From Candidatus Avispirillum sp. (GTDB lineage: Bacteria; Bacillota; Clostridia; Oscillospirales; CAG-272): a stretch of 50,135 nucleotides of DNA. The notes under the pieces are model-generated. The model was not told where the DNA came from. It made no database searches and was given only the letters and a program-made list of their open reading frames with translations. Position numbers and translations under genes: made by a program. The first letter of the stretch is position 1. Every line of letters begins with the position of its first letter. The DNA lies in assembly GCA_045545335.1 (NCBI GenBank), contig JAZQAS010000123.1:1-50135 (forward strand). The letters run 5' to 3'. Shown here piece after piece: positions 38,672 through 49,089 of this stretch.

Positions 38672-41600
38672 TTAGATCTTCCTCTTGAAATATCTGTTAA
38701 CTATCTTCTGCCAGGGGTTCATGCCCGAGTAGATGGAGGCGATGATATCCTCAAGATACTCAGCCATTGCGTGAAGCTCGGCGTAGGTAAGTCCGTGTCC
38801 GAACTCCTCCTTTTCCATATACTCGATAACGAGGCCCACGTCAATACCGGAGAGGTTGCCGTAGTCCTCCCTCATCCTCTGTGCGAAATCGCGCTGAAGC
38901 TCGCCGGGGCGAGGACCGCAGCCGACGGTGTCGTAGATTTCGAGGATGTAGTCGGTGATCCGTCGTGTCACCTGCCTTGAGTCAACGCTCTTGTCCGTAT
39001 ACGCATCCTGGTTCTTCGCCGTATCGATGACCTCGTAGCGTGCCTTCATCGCCTCTCCCGCTCTCTTGTTTATAAAGCGGATGATAAGGTAGATAAGGGC
39101 GCAAACTGCGGCAACGATAAGAGCGATAAGCATAATGCGGAGGAACCATTCGAGATCGGAGACCTCTTCGGGAACCTCATAGTCGTCCTCGCCTATAAGA
39201 TCGTCGATGTCGGGCTCCTCGCCAACGAAGGGAGGCTTCAGACCGCCGTCGTCCTCCTCCTCAAGACCGAAGTTGGGGTCAAGAAGAGAGGGGTCCATAG
39301 TATCGCTGTTGGGGTCGTACATATCCTCGCAGTACTGACCGGGAGTAACCTCGTACTGCATCCAGCCCATACCGTCGATATAGACCTCCACCCAGGCGTG
39401 AGCGTCCGTTCCGTAGATATCGGAGCGGTTCTTGGCATCGTTTCCGCCAAGGGATTCAAAATCGCTTGCAACGTAGCCCTCAACGTATCTTGCGGGAATA
39501 CCGTATTCGCGAAGGAGCGTGACGGCGCTTGTTGCAAAGTGAGTGCAGTAGCCCTCCTTCACCTCTGTGAGAAAGGCTTCAACAACGGGCTTTGTGCCGA
39601 CGGTCAGATCGCCGTTGGGCGTTTCTGTGTAGGTGTAGTCGCTTCTGAATCTGTTAACGATTGCGTTGACCGTTTCGTGAACGGTGAGCTCGCCGTCGTC
39701 GTCAGAGGCAAGAGCCTCGCTCTTGAGCTCATCGGCATAGAGGGTGATAGCCTCGCTGTCAGCCTTTCTCGTGTACGTGTCGTAAACGTAATCGCGGTAC
39801 TTTTCTTCAAGCTTGAAGCTTTCGATAAGCTCGGCCTTTTCCTCCTCAGTCATGGAGAAGTAGTATCTGTCGGCAATGCTGGTGCCCTGATACTCAATTC
39901 CCTCGGCGCCGAACTGCTCCTCAAGGGCAAAAACGATAGCCGTAGCATCGGCGTCGGTAGCATCGGGAGACTGTAGGATGGCATCGCGGCAAAGCTCGTA
40001 ATATCTGAGGGACATATCTATACTCTCAGCGGTGTCAGCTCGGTTAAGCGCCGTAATATAGGAAACGGTGCTGTAGCCTCTGCCGTATCTGAACTGGAAG
40101 GAGGAGTAGGTGCCCTCAAAATAGTTCTGATATTTGTAGGGGGTGGGTATGATCTCAGAGTAGGTGAGGATACCCATATCGGTGTTCATATGAGCAGGGG
40201 CGAATATAAGCAGGCTCTGTCCGCGGACTCGCCAAACGTCTATCTGCTGCATAGTGAAGCCGTATTTTGTAAAGTTCTTGTAGGTGTTTGCATCCTCAAT
40301 AACGGTGGATGCGGGGTAAACGTAGCTGTAGTAAGAGGTCTTGATAGAGTCGGGGGTAAAGTCCTTGCCGAAGGTCTCGCGGTACTTGTGAACGTCGTCA
40401 TAGGTTGCGCTGTACCAGGATCCCGTGTCGTAGTTGAAGTCGGTAGCGATCCAGCTTCGCAGGTAAACGTTTGAGGTGCCCTCAGCGTCAACTCTGAAGA
40501 GAAGCCTGTCGGAAAGCTCAAGGGGATCGAAGGTGACCTCGCGGGGGGCAAGGTCGTCAATGCCGTAAACGTAAGGGTCGTTCAGGTCAACGTCGCTGCC
40601 TCTCAGATAAGCCGTAACATACGCGCGGGCAGTCTGCACGCGGTCGTTGATGGGCTCGATTATCTTAAAGGGCTGGCTGACGGCGGCAAGAGGGATCCAG
40701 AGAGCAAGAAAAGCTATAAGACCAACGCCAAGGCCCGTGTAGCCGCCTGCCATTGAGATCTTTGAGAGCCTTATTCTCAGCTCCTTTTTCTTTCTTCTCT
40801 TTTCTTTGAGGGCTTCCTTTTTGGCAGTCTTTTTTGCGCCCTGCTCGGCGTTTTCCAAGCTGATAGCCGCAAGGGTCGCCTCAACGGTTGCAGTGTCCTT
40901 TTTCTTTTTCGCCTTGGAAAGGGTTGCAGAGAGAGCCTTCAGCCTCTTCTTCTTGTCCTTCTTTGCCTGCTTTGCGGCAAGCTTTGCAAGCTTCTTGTCC
41001 TGCTTTCTCTTCTTCTTCTCAGCCTTCTTTGAGGCCTTGTGAGTCTTGAAAACAGCCTTCTTTGCCTTTCTTGCAACGGCGGGAGTCATATCCGCGTCAA
41101 TTGCGCGGTCAAAAACTTGGTTCGCCTCGTCCTTAAGGGCCTTTTTCGCTGCCTTCTTTGCGGCGCGCTTTTCAAGTTTCTGCTTTTTCTTTTCTTCCTT
41201 TTTCTTCTTTTTCTCCGCAGTTCTTTCGGCTCTGCCGCCGTAGCGGTGGTCGTAGACCTTGAGAGCGATTGCCGCGCAGATAAATACTATGCAAAAGGCG
41301 ATACCCGCATTGCCCTCGGCAATGTTGTAGGTAAGGATAGGCGCAAACACAAGGGTCATAAGAATAACGATGGGGGTGATGCGCGTCTTTTTCGCAATGC
41401 AGAAGTAAAGGATAAAGCCGATAAGCGTGCAAAGGAGGAAGGCTCCTCCGAAGCGGTAAGGGTCGTAAAGAACGGTGCCTGCGGCGGTGTAATCGTATCC
41501 GTCGTTTATCATAAAGTTTCCGAGGGAGTAGTATCCGAAGGAGGAAACGTGATAAAGGGCGAAGTTGTAGACCCTGAGAGCACTCTTAACGGTAAAGTCG

Positions 41601-41986
41601 ATGGGGTTTCCGAAGGCTATGGCCGTAATTGCAAAATACAGTCCCGTATAAGCAAAGGGAGTGATAATTGCAGGTATCCTTCCCAGAGATGCCGCGGCGC
41701 AGGCAAGGCTCACGGGCAGGGAAAGGAGAGCGATAAAGCCCGGGGAGACCACGGCCGCCTGCCAGTAGTCAGACTCAGTGAGTCCCGCGGCGGCGAGAAT
41801 AAAGGTGGAGATGCCGAAAACGCCCACGAAGAGCACAAGGGTCCTGAGAGCAAGACCGATGTAAAGCATAAGGGGGGACATATCGTCAGCAGGAGAATAA
41901 TAGATATTATCCGGCTTTTTCGGCTTTATTTTGGTTATCTTCTTTGCGCCCGCGCTTGATGCGAGCAGTTTTTTCCTGTTTTTCAA
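38672..41986 (-). CDS. Membrane-bound transglutaminase-like protein with Lys-rich insertion
   Basis: Multiple N-terminal TMs; EGYCTHFAT...GIPARYVEGY...AHAWVEVYIDGMGW; C-terminal TM; TTG start uncertain. Confidence 0.85.
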   Translation of the reverse strand: MKNRKKLLASSAGAKKITKIKPKKPDNIYYSPADDMSPLMLYIGLALRTLVLFVGVFGISTFILAAAGLTESDYWQAAVVSPGFIALLSLPVSLACAAASLGRIPAIITPFAYTGLYFAITAIAFGNPIDFTVKSALRVYNFALYHVSSFGYYSLGNFMINDGYDYTAAGTVLYDPYRFGGAFLLCTLIGFILYFCIAKKTRITPIVILMTLVFAPILTYNIAEGNAGIAFCIVFICAAIALKVYDHRYGGRAERTAEKKKKKEEKKKQKLEKRAAKKAAKKALKDEANQVFDRAIDADMTPAVARKAKKAVFKTHKASKKAEKKKRKQDKKLAKLAAKQAKKDKKKRLKALSATLSKAKKKKDTATVEATLAAISLENAEQGAKKTAKKEALKEKRRKKKELRIRLSKISMAGGYTGLGVGLIAFLALWIPLAAVSQPFKIIEPINDRVQTARAYVTAYLRGSDVDLNDPYVYGIDDLAPREVTFDPLELSDRLLFRVDAEGTSNVYLRSWIATDFNYDTGSWYSATYDDVHKYRETFGKDFTPDSIKTSYYSYVYPASTVIEDANTYKNFTKYGFTMQQIDVWRVRGQSLLIFAPAHMNTDMGILTYSEIIPTPYKYQNYFEGTYSSFQFRYGRGYSTVSYITALNRADTAESIDMSLRYYELCRDAILQSPDATDADATAIVFALEEQFGAEGIEYQGTSIADRYYFSMTEEEKAELIESFKLEEKYRDYVYDTYTRKADSEAITLYADELKSEALASDDDGELTVHETVNAIVNRFRSDYTYTETPNGDLTVGTKPVVEAFLTEVKEGYCTHFATSAVTLLREYGIPARYVEGYVASDFESLGGNDAKNRSDIYGTDAHAWVEVYIDGMGWMQYEVTPGQYCEDMYDPNSDTMDPSLLDPNFGLEEEDDGGLKPPFVGEEPDIDDLIGEDDYEVPEEVSDLEWFLRIMLIALIVAAVCALIYLIIRFINKRAGEAMKARYEVIDTAKNQDAYTDKSVDSRQVTRRITDYILEIYDTVGCGPRPGELQRDFAQRMREDYGNLSGIDVGLVIEYMEKEEFGHGLTYAELHAMAEYLEDIIASIYSGMNPWQKIVNRYFKRKI

Positions 41987-42021
41987 AAGGATATTTCCGC
42001 CGTAGCGGCTCCTTTCTGTAT

Positions 42022-43776
42022 TTAAAGATTATCGCTGCAGATAAGCACGGTCCTGCCGTCAGCCTGCTCAGATTCCTTGATATCGCTGAGGGAGAGGCCG
42101 CTCATCTTCAGCTGAAGCCTTGCGTTGCCCGCGTATTCGATACGCTCCGTGGGGTACAAGTACTTGTTTTCGGGATTGAATAAGAGTATCTCGGTAACAC
42201 AGCCCGTGCCTGCGCCGCCGAACATAGTGGGAACGGTGCAGTATTGGGCAACAGACTCGGGGTCGATGTTTGCGGTAACTATCTTGATGGTAACGTTGAC
42301 CGCCTCGCCGATAATGCCCGTAAGATCGCAGATGCGACGGTCCTCGGGAACCACCTTTGCAGATGCAAAGCGGAGATAGGTGTCGTCGAAATCCGCAAGA
42401 TCGCAAAGGTCAACGGTGCACATACCGCGGTCGTCGCGGGAGTCGTACCAGACAACGGTGCAGTTGTTGCCTCGGCGGATCTCGGAGTTCATTGCGGCAA
42501 CTGCTATCTCAACAACGCCGTCAGCGCAGAATTCGGGCAGCTCGTCCTCAAACTCAGGGCGAACGATGCCGCCCCAGGCGCGCTTAGCTTCGAGAAGCTC
42601 GTCAGCCCCCAAGCCCTTCTTGTCGTCGCCAACGATCTCGGTAAGGCGGGCGATCATCTCCTCGGCGCTCTGTGCGTTTTCCGTAGCGGGAGCGTCTGCA
42701 GACGCTGCGTCTGCGTTCTTCTTATTCTTTTTGTCGTCTTTTTTCTTTTTCTTGCCTGAGGTCTCCTTGATGAGAGAGTCTATCATATCAATAGTCTCAA
42801 TATCTCTCTTGGAGGTACCCTTTTGTCTGCGGCGTCTGTAGCGTCGCTCCTTCTTCTTTTCCTCAAGCTCCTCGAAATAGGCTTCGATGCGCCCGCGGAG
42901 AGTGATCTTTTCCTCGCTCTCGCCGTCGCCGTCGCCCTCTATCTTCTTCTTTGAGCGGAGCTTTTTGAGAAGCTTTCTTGCCTCCTCCTTCTTCACCTCG
43001 GGGGCTGGAGTGGGGGCGGCAAGGTCAACGAAGATGTAGGTGTGTCTGTCGTTGTTAGTGTTGTAGTCCTTTACCTGCCATTCCTCTGATTTAGAGGAGA
43101 GCTTCCAGTGGATAGTCTTGAGTGAGTCGCCCATACGGTATTCGCGGATGTTGGAGATCTCCGACTTGTCGCGGGAGTCGAGCACTCTGACCGTGGGGGA
43201 GGGAACGTCGGAAACGGCGCTCTGTGTGTCCTTTTCAAACTCAAGCTTTCTCGGATAAACGGTAACGTTTGAGAAATTGTTTATATCCACCCTCATCTTG
43301 AAGATGCGGAGAGGATCGCATATGTAAAGCTCGTGAACGCCTATCTCGTAGAGACCTCTGTAGCGGAAGGAAACGGAGTTCTTAACGCTGTAGCCTCCAA
43401 AGGGGATAAGAGAGAGAACGAGGCGCTGGTGGAGACAGCGAACGCCGTCGTCGCGGGGCTTTGACATAATGGCCTCAACGAAGGGATAGGGCAGGGGGGA
43501 GTTGTTGATAACGCGTATCTCATACTCAATGGGAGAGAGCTTCTCCGTAACCTGCCTGTCTGTCATAACGTAGACCTGTATAGCCGCGCGGCCAAGAAGC
43601 ATTATAATAAAGCAAAGAGGCGCGGCGGTGACCATAAACCAGAAAAACACGTGAGAGATGGGATTTCTGAGAAGCTGGGTCATAAGGATAGCGTAGCAGT
43701 ACAGGACAAAGTAGACAGCGGCGCCCCATTGGAGCTTTATGAGAGGCTCGCGCTTTGGTTTGTTCTTGTCAGCCAT
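42022..43776 (-). CDS. DUF58 family protein with charged insertion
   Basis: YRGLY.IG...DPL, IREYRMGDSLKTIHWKLSSK; lies between moxR and transglutaminase. Confidence 0.85.
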   Translation of the reverse strand: MADKNKPKREPLIKLQWGAAVYFVLYCYAILMTQLLRNPISHVFFWFMVTAAPLCFIIMLLGRAAIQVYVMTDRQVTEKLSPIEYEIRVINNSPLPYPFVEAIMSKPRDDGVRCLHQRLVLSLIPFGGYSVKNSVSFRYRGLYEIGVHELYICDPLRIFKMRVDINNFSNVTVYPRKLEFEKDTQSAVSDVPSPTVRVLDSRDKSEISNIREYRMGDSLKTIHWKLSSKSEEWQVKDYNTNNDRHTYIFVDLAAPTPAPEVKKEEARKLLKKLRSKKKIEGDGDGESEEKITLRGRIEAYFEELEEKKKERRYRRRRQKGTSKRDIETIDMIDSLIKETSGKKKKKDDKKNKKNADAASADAPATENAQSAEEMIARLTEIVGDDKKGLGADELLEAKRAWGGIVRPEFEDELPEFCADGVVEIAVAAMNSEIRRGNNCTVVWYDSRDDRGMCTVDLCDLADFDDTYLRFASAKVVPEDRRICDLTGIIGEAVNVTIKIVTANIDPESVAQYCTVPTMFGGAGTGCVTEILLFNPENKYLYPTERIEYAGNARLQLKMSGLSLSDIKESEQADGRTVLICSDNL

Positions 43777-43784
43777 ATTTTACC

Positions 43785-44768
43785 TTATCTTGCCGTTCTG
43801 TAGGGCACTTCAACAGTTCTTGCGATCTCTGCGAGAATTTCGGGTGCAGTCTTCTTTTCAAGGCGGGCCGCCTGGCTCAGCATAATCCTGTGAGCAACAG
43901 CGGGAGCGTAGAGGGCGGAAACGTCCTCAGCGAGAACGTAGTCGCGTCCGCGGATGAAGGCGTAAGCCTGAGAGAGCTTCATAAGGGCAAGGGAGGCTCT
44001 GGGAGAAGCGCCGAGGGTGATCTTCTCGGAGGTACGGGTGCCGCCAACGAGCTGAACGATGAACTTTGCGATCTCGCCGGATACCTTCACCTCGGAAACC
44101 ATCTTTCGGATGTCGTTAAGGCTGTCAGCATCGGTAACGGCGTTAACAAGGTGGAGAGGATTCTTCGTCTGTCTGTCGGCAATAAGGGTGATCTCCTCTG
44201 CCTGATTGGGGTATCCCATGGAGAGGCGGAGCACGAAACGGTCAAGCTGAGCCTCGGGCAGGGGATAAGTTCCGATATATCCCGTGGGGTTCTGAGTTGC
44301 GATGACCATAAAGGGCTTCGGCATCTCGTAGGTGGTGCCGTCAACGGTAACGGCGCCCTCCTCCATAGCCTCAAGAAGAGCAGACTGAGTCTTGGGAGAA
44401 GCGCGGTTGATCTCGTCAGCAAGAAGGATATTTGTCATAACGAGACCGTTCTTGAACTCAAATTCCTCCTTCTGGCGGTTGTAGATGGAGAAGCCCGTAA
44501 TGTCGGAAGCCATTACGTCGGGTGTGAACTGAGCGCGGTTGAACTTAAGTCCGCAGGCCTTGGAGAGAGCGGCGGCAAGAGTGGTCTTACCAACGCCGGG
44601 AACATCCTCGATAAGAACGTGTCCGCCTGCGAGAAGGGCAGTAACGAGCATAACGATCTCCGTATGCTTGCCGATAACGACCTTTTCGACCTCAGCGATC
44701 AGCTTTTGGATAAGCTCATTGGCCTCTTCAGCCTTCTGAGCATTTGCGTTTGAATAATCGAACTTCAT
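43785..44768 (-). CDS. moxR: MoxR family AAA+ ATPase
   Basis: GHVLIEDVPGVGKT, QFTPD, LADEINRASPKTQSALLEAM, ATQNP, GTYPLPEAQLDRF, GASPR. Confidence 0.95.
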   Translation of the reverse strand: MKFDYSNANAQKAEEANELIQKLIAEVEKVVIGKHTEIVMLVTALLAGGHVLIEDVPGVGKTTLAAALSKACGLKFNRAQFTPDVMASDITGFSIYNRQKEEFEFKNGLVMTNILLADEINRASPKTQSALLEAMEEGAVTVDGTTYEMPKPFMVIATQNPTGYIGTYPLPEAQLDRFVLRLSMGYPNQAEEITLIADRQTKNPLHLVNAVTDADSLNDIRKMVSEVKVSGEIAKFIVQLVGGTRTSEKITLGASPRASLALMKLSQAYAFIRGRDYVLAEDVSALYAPAVAHRIMLSQAARLEKKTAPEILAEIARTVEVPYRTAR

Positions 44769-44910
44769 TTATATGGAGCCTCCTGAAAAAAATTAACACG
44801 TAAAAATGGTTATAATAATACCATTATGTAGATTTTACCACACAAAGCCCTTTATAGCAAGAATAAATTTGTGATATTTGCCTTGTTCAAATTTTTTTTA
44901 CAAAAAGGTA

Positions 44911-44963
44911 TTGACAATGGAGAATTATAGAGTATAATAATAGCAGGAATAAGAACTATTCCT
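44911..44963 (+). promoter_or_regulatory. SigA promoter and candidate PerR/Fur operator
   Basis: TTGACA-N16-TATAAT followed by palindrome AGGAATA-N5-TATTCCT (44945-44963). Confidence 0.65.
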
Positions 44964-44984
44964 AAAACCAAAAAGGAGGACAGT

Positions 44985-45359
44985 ATGACAGCTCAGAAAA
45001 TGGCAGTGCTCAGAGCGCTGGAGGAAGCGGGCAGGACCCACCCCACCGCAGAAACTGTCTATATATTGGCAAAGCGTCATCTGCCGTCCATCGCCCTGGG
45101 AACGGTTTACAGAAATCTGACCAAAATGGCAGAGGCCGGAGAGGTGACAAAGATCCCCGTGCCCGACGGGGCCGATAGATTTGATAAAGATATTTCCGAT
45201 CATATGCACATACTTTGCGTAAAATGCGGTAAGATATATGATATAGAGGAAAAGGATGTCAAGGTAGAGATAAAGTGCGTCCCTGAGGGGGTCCGGCTCA
45301 TCCGCTTTGACGTAATGGCAAAATGCATATGTGCCGAATGTAAGGCAAAAAATAATTAA
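44985..45359 (+). CDS. perR: Fur-family repressor, PerR-like
   Basis: [16 protein letters not shown]...[10 protein letters not shown]...CAEC; upstream of rubrerythrin. Confidence 0.8.
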   Translation: MTAQKMAVLRALEEAGRTHPTAETVYILAKRHLPSIALGTVYRNLTKMAEAGEVTKIPVPDGADRFDKDISDHMHILCVKCGKIYDIEEKDVKVEIKCVPEGVRLIRFDVMAKCICAECKAKNN

Positions 45360-45385
45360 ATTTTTTATATAACGGAGGAACTAAA

Positions 45386-45922
45386 ATGGAACTCAAAGGA
45401 TCAAGAACAGAACAGAATCTCATGGCTGCATTCGCAGGCGAATCTCAGGCAAGAAACAAGTATACCTATTATGCATCCAAGGCAAGAAAGGAAGGCTATA
45501 ATCATATCGCAGAGCTCTTCGAGGAAACAGCAAATAACGAAAAAGAGCATGCAAAGTTGTGGTTCAAGCTTCTCCACGGCGGCATCGGCACAACAGCCGA
45601 GAACCTTAAGGATGCTGCAGAGGGCGAAAACTATGAGTGGACAGATATGTACGCTGAGTTTGCCCGCGTAGCAAAGGAAGAGGGCTTCGATCATATCGCA
45701 TTCCTTTTCGAGGGCGTAGCAGCCATCGAGAAGGAGCACGAGGAGAGATACCTCAAGCTTCTTGAGAACGTAGAGAACGGCCTTGTATTCTCCAAGGACG
45801 GCGACGCTATCTGGAAGTGCATGAACTGCGGTCATATCGTAGTAGGCAAGCAGGCTCCCGAGGTCTGCCCCGTATGCGCTCATCCCAAGGCATACTTCTG
45901 CGTAAAGGCTGAGAATTATTAA
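45386..45922 (+). CDS. rbr: Rubrerythrin
   Basis: [39 protein letters not shown]...CPVCAHP. Confidence 0.95.
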   Translation: MELKGSRTEQNLMAAFAGESQARNKYTYYASKARKEGYNHIAELFEETANNEKEHAKLWFKLLHGGIGTTAENLKDAAEGENYEWTDMYAEFARVAKEEGFDHIAFLFEGVAAIEKEHEERYLKLLENVENGLVFSKDGDAIWKCMNCGHIVVGKQAPEVCPVCAHPKAYFCVKAENY

Positions 45923-45938
45923 TATAGCATAAAATGAT

Positions 45939-45971
45939 AAGGGCTGTTGCATTTAATGCAACAGCCCTTTT
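45939..45971 (+). terminator. Intrinsic terminator
   Basis: AAGGGCTGTTGCATT-T-AATGCAACAGCCCTTTT. Confidence 0.85.
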
Positions 45972-46016
45972 GACGTCTTTACGTAAAATAACGGATTGAT
46001 GGGGAGATGAATCAAT

Positions 46017-46245
46017 GTAGGGGCGAGCATCGCTCGTCCGAGTCCAGCACACGAAGAAAATATAATTTGATGCAAAAACGGATACAAAAGATATACGTTG
46101 TTGTAGGGACAGGCGTCCTCGACGGGACCCCCAAAAAGCTCACGAGTTCCCTTTCGGGGAACCCCTACGACTGTCCGTTGAAGACGTATAGCCTCTCTGT
46201 AAATATCGTTTCTGTTCGCGGACAGTCGGGGACGCCTGTCCCTAC
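46017..46245. repeat. Nested GTAG-type REP composite, copy 3 (outer shell inverted relative to copies 1 and 2)
   Basis: GTAGGGGCGAGCATCGCTCGTCCG; spacer is the reverse complement of ~32187-32240; inner pair 46103-46245. Confidence 0.8.
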
Positions 46246-46479
46246 AATATCTCCGTTCATTACCAAACCAAAATTTAAAGAACAAATGCGTAAAGTCTGT
46301 CACAGAGAGCGATTATTTTTTCTTTACTTATTATACCGTCAGTAGTCAATATCACTAAAAGGGAAGGGGGAATATTAGATAACTGAACACTTGAAAATAT
46401 ATTATATAAATGATATAATAAACTGAATAAGCGGTACTATCCGCAAATGCGAATATTTTTTGAAAGGAACGGAAAACAA

Positions 46480-48771
46480 ATGAAAAAATTACTTGCAGTT
46501 CTTCTCTGCGCAGTAATGCTCATTCCCACACTTGTAAGTGTTGTAGATGCGGCCGTAGGCGAGCTCTATCTCGAGCAGGACTTCATCTATGACGAAACTT
46601 ATATGATGGGTGACGTCAACAGCGACGAAAACGTTGACGGTAAGGACGCACTCAGCCTTAAGGCAAACGTTGCAGGCCTTGAGGGATATCCTCTTGATAT
46701 TGAGGCTTCCGACTTCGACGCTGACGGCGAGGCAAGTGCAAAGGACTCCTATTCTCTGAAGCTTGTGCTCTCCGGCGCAAAGACAGCAGAGGAATTTGAG
46801 ACTGTAAACAATAAGCTTGTTCAGATCTATAAGCTCACGATCGGCGGCAACGCGCTCACAGATTACAGCATAGTTGTTCCCGCAGATTCCACAAAGGAGG
46901 AAAACACCTACTTTGCCGCTCTTAACTTTATGAAGTACGTAAGACAGGCAACAGGAGTTGAGCTTCCCATCGTATTCGGCGAAAAGACAACTGCCAAGGG
47001 CGTATACTTCAATACGATCGACCTCAAGAGCGAGGACGGACAGTACCTCGGTATCGACGGCTACAGATACGATATCACAGACGGCGAGCTCCACGTATAC
47101 GGTACCTACCGCGGTAACGGCTATGCCGTGTTCGATATCCTTGAGGATTATCTCGGCTTCCGCTTCTATAAGGGCTATGAGACTTATCAGTATAAGTCAA
47201 GAATAGTAGACCTTCCCGAGGGCGTTTCTGTTGAGAAGATCCCCACCATTAACTTCCGTCACGCACGTCAGACCTTCGGTCAGTATAACGGCGATAATAA
47301 CGAGGACGGAGTACATTGCGGAAACGGTATGTGCGGCCACTATTTTGCAAATAAGCTCAACGCAAGTGAGGGCGGCTACTCCTGCTATGAAAAGTTCTAT
47401 GGCTCAAAGCTCGGTCCCCTTTACAGTAATGCTCACTCCTTCCTTGAGTATTGGCAGATGGGAACAGGATCATGGCCCGAGGGAAGCGTTGACTATGACG
47501 ATCCTAAGGAAATGTCCAAGTACATGTACAACAGCTCTCTGTATGATGCAAAGTTCAAGTCCGGTATAGCTCCCGATCCCTACAGCTGGCAGCCCTGCGC
47601 TACGAGCCAGAATGATTATGATACTCTTTTCCGCGGCATGATCGACTGTAACCGCATGGTAATGAGCTGGGGCAGACCCATCTTTATCGAAGAGGGACAG
47701 ACACTCTTCTCCTTCTCCATTGCAGATAACCAGAACTACTGCACCTGCCGTAACTGTAATAAGATTAAGAGAGAAGAGGGCTTCTCCGGCCTCTACCTCT
47801 CCCTCTATAACAGAGCAACAGAGGATGCTCAGGCATACTATCCCGGCGTTCGTCTTTACGGTATCCTTTATGCAAAGGACTTCCCCAAGACCATCAAGCC
47901 CCATAAGAATTTCGTAATTCTTTATTGCGGTGTAAGCTGCGATAACCATATGATCGGCAAGGAAGAGTGCTATGAAAAGGGCGGCCAGCTCAACGGTATG
48001 AAGAACGACGATGATATCGAGGCTCTCACATACTGGGGCAACGTCTGCAGAGAAACAGGCACCGAGATCTGGTTCTGGATCTACCCCGTAACCTATCACT
48101 ATTACCTCGTCGGATGCCCCAACGTATTCAACTTCTATTGGAATATGAAGTGGCTCCATGAAGAGGGCAACGTAACCGGCTTCTTCTACGAGGGCGGCGG
48201 ACGCGAGTATAACTTTGAGTCTCTCAAGGAGTATGCTGCTGTTAAGTATATGTGGGATATGGATATGACCTTCGAGGAGTATTGCGATATCGTTAAGGAA
48301 TATCTCTATATGAACTACGGCGACGGATACGAGGAGCTTTACAGATACATAGAGATGCAGACAGAGGCGGGCGACCAGTGCGGCACGTGCTTCGTAAATA
48401 ACTTCGACCGTCCCGGCGATATGTATTCCTATGAGTATCTCGCAGAGCACTACGACGAGATGAGAGCTCTCCTTGAAACTGCTCTTGAAAAGGCAGAGAG
48501 AGGCATCCATAAGCAGAGAATTGAAAAGCTCATCGCATGCTGCGACTTTATGGGTCTTACAAGCGTTCATAACGATTGGTATCTTGAAGGCAACAGAGTA
48601 GAGGACTATAAGGCAAGATTTGACTATATGTACGATACTATCGTAAAGTACGATCTTGATGTATTCTCAAGTGACCTCTATATGTTACCCGCGGAAAAGA
48701 ACTATGAAGTAAACATCATGAAGCAGCTTTATGATGAAGGCTCCCGCCGTCCCGGCGTTGATCCCTACTAA
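46480..48771 (+). CDS. Secreted dockerin-containing DUF4838-like (putative glycoside hydrolase) protein
   Basis: Signal peptide; duplicated dockerin repeats GDVNSDENVDGKDALSLK / SDFDADGEASAKDSYSLK; GYAVFDILEDYLGFRF, WQPC, DNQNYCTCRNC. Confidence 0.75.
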   Translation: MKKLLAVLLCAVMLIPTLVSVVDAAVGELYLEQDFIYDETYMMGDVNSDENVDGKDALSLKANVAGLEGYPLDIEASDFDADGEASAKDSYSLKLVLSGAKTAEEFETVNNKLVQIYKLTIGGNALTDYSIVVPADSTKEENTYFAALNFMKYVRQATGVELPIVFGEKTTAKGVYFNTIDLKSEDGQYLGIDGYRYDITDGELHVYGTYRGNGYAVFDILEDYLGFRFYKGYETYQYKSRIVDLPEGVSVEKIPTINFRHARQTFGQYNGDNNEDGVHCGNGMCGHYFANKLNASEGGYSCYEKFYGSKLGPLYSNAHSFLEYWQMGTGSWPEGSVDYDDPKEMSKYMYNSSLYDAKFKSGIAPDPYSWQPCATSQNDYDTLFRGMIDCNRMVMSWGRPIFIEEGQTLFSFSIADNQNYCTCRNCNKIKREEGFSGLYLSLYNRATEDAQAYYPGVRLYGILYAKDFPKTIKPHKNFVILYCGVSCDNHMIGKEECYEKGGQLNGMKNDDDIEALTYWGNVCRETGTEIWFWIYPVTYHYYLVGCPNVFNFYWNMKWLHEEGNVTGFFYEGGGREYNFESLKEYAAVKYMWDMDMTFEEYCDIVKEYLYMNYGDGYEELYRYIEMQTEAGDQCGTCFVNNFDRPGDMYSYEYLAEHYDEMRALLETALEKAERGIHKQRIEKLIACCDFMGLTSVHNDWYLEGNRVEDYKARFDYMYDTIVKYDLDVFSSDLYMLPAEKNYEVNIMKQLYDEGSRRPGVDPY

Positions 48772-48796
48772 TAATTATATAAATAATTATATAAAT

Positions 48797-48824
48797 AAGG
48801 CACCTTCCTCGGAAGGTGCCTTTT
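48797..48824 (+). terminator. Intrinsic terminator
   Basis: AAGGCACCTTCC-TC-GGAAGGTGCCTTTT. Confidence 0.85.
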
Positions 48825-48867
48825 AATGCGAAAGAGCGACTAAAAAACTTTTTAGATTTCAATAATT

Positions 48868-49045
48868 AGTGAAGTTGCGGCAAGCCGCAGTGAAGTTATG
48901 CCTTGCGGCATAGTGAAGTATTGCGCCATTGGCGCAAAGTGAAGTTAAGTGTTCCGTATATCGTGCCGAAGGCACACTTCACGCACGAAGTGCGCTTCAC
49001 GTCCGAAGGATACTTCACGTTCCGAGTAAGCGGAATACTTAGTTC
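48868..49045. repeat. Branched hairpin array (4x AGTGAAGT+hairpin, then 3x hairpin+CTTCAC)
   Basis: AGTGAAGT at 48868, 48889, 48912, 48938; (A/G)CTTCAC at 48976, 48994, 49012; each spacer is a different small palindrome. Confidence 0.8.
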
Positions 49046-49087
49046 AAAAAAAGAACCTTTGTCTTGGTAGACAAAGGTTCTTTTTTT
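49046..49087 (-). terminator. tRNA-Val terminator
   Basis: AAAAAAGAACCTTTGTCT-TGGT-AGACAAAGGTTCTTTTTT. Confidence 0.85.
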
Positions 49088-49089
49088 GT

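Noticed and set aside
48868-49045. Mini-CRISPR
   Set aside because: Repeats are only 7-8 nt, switch strand midway, and spacers are self-complementary hairpins
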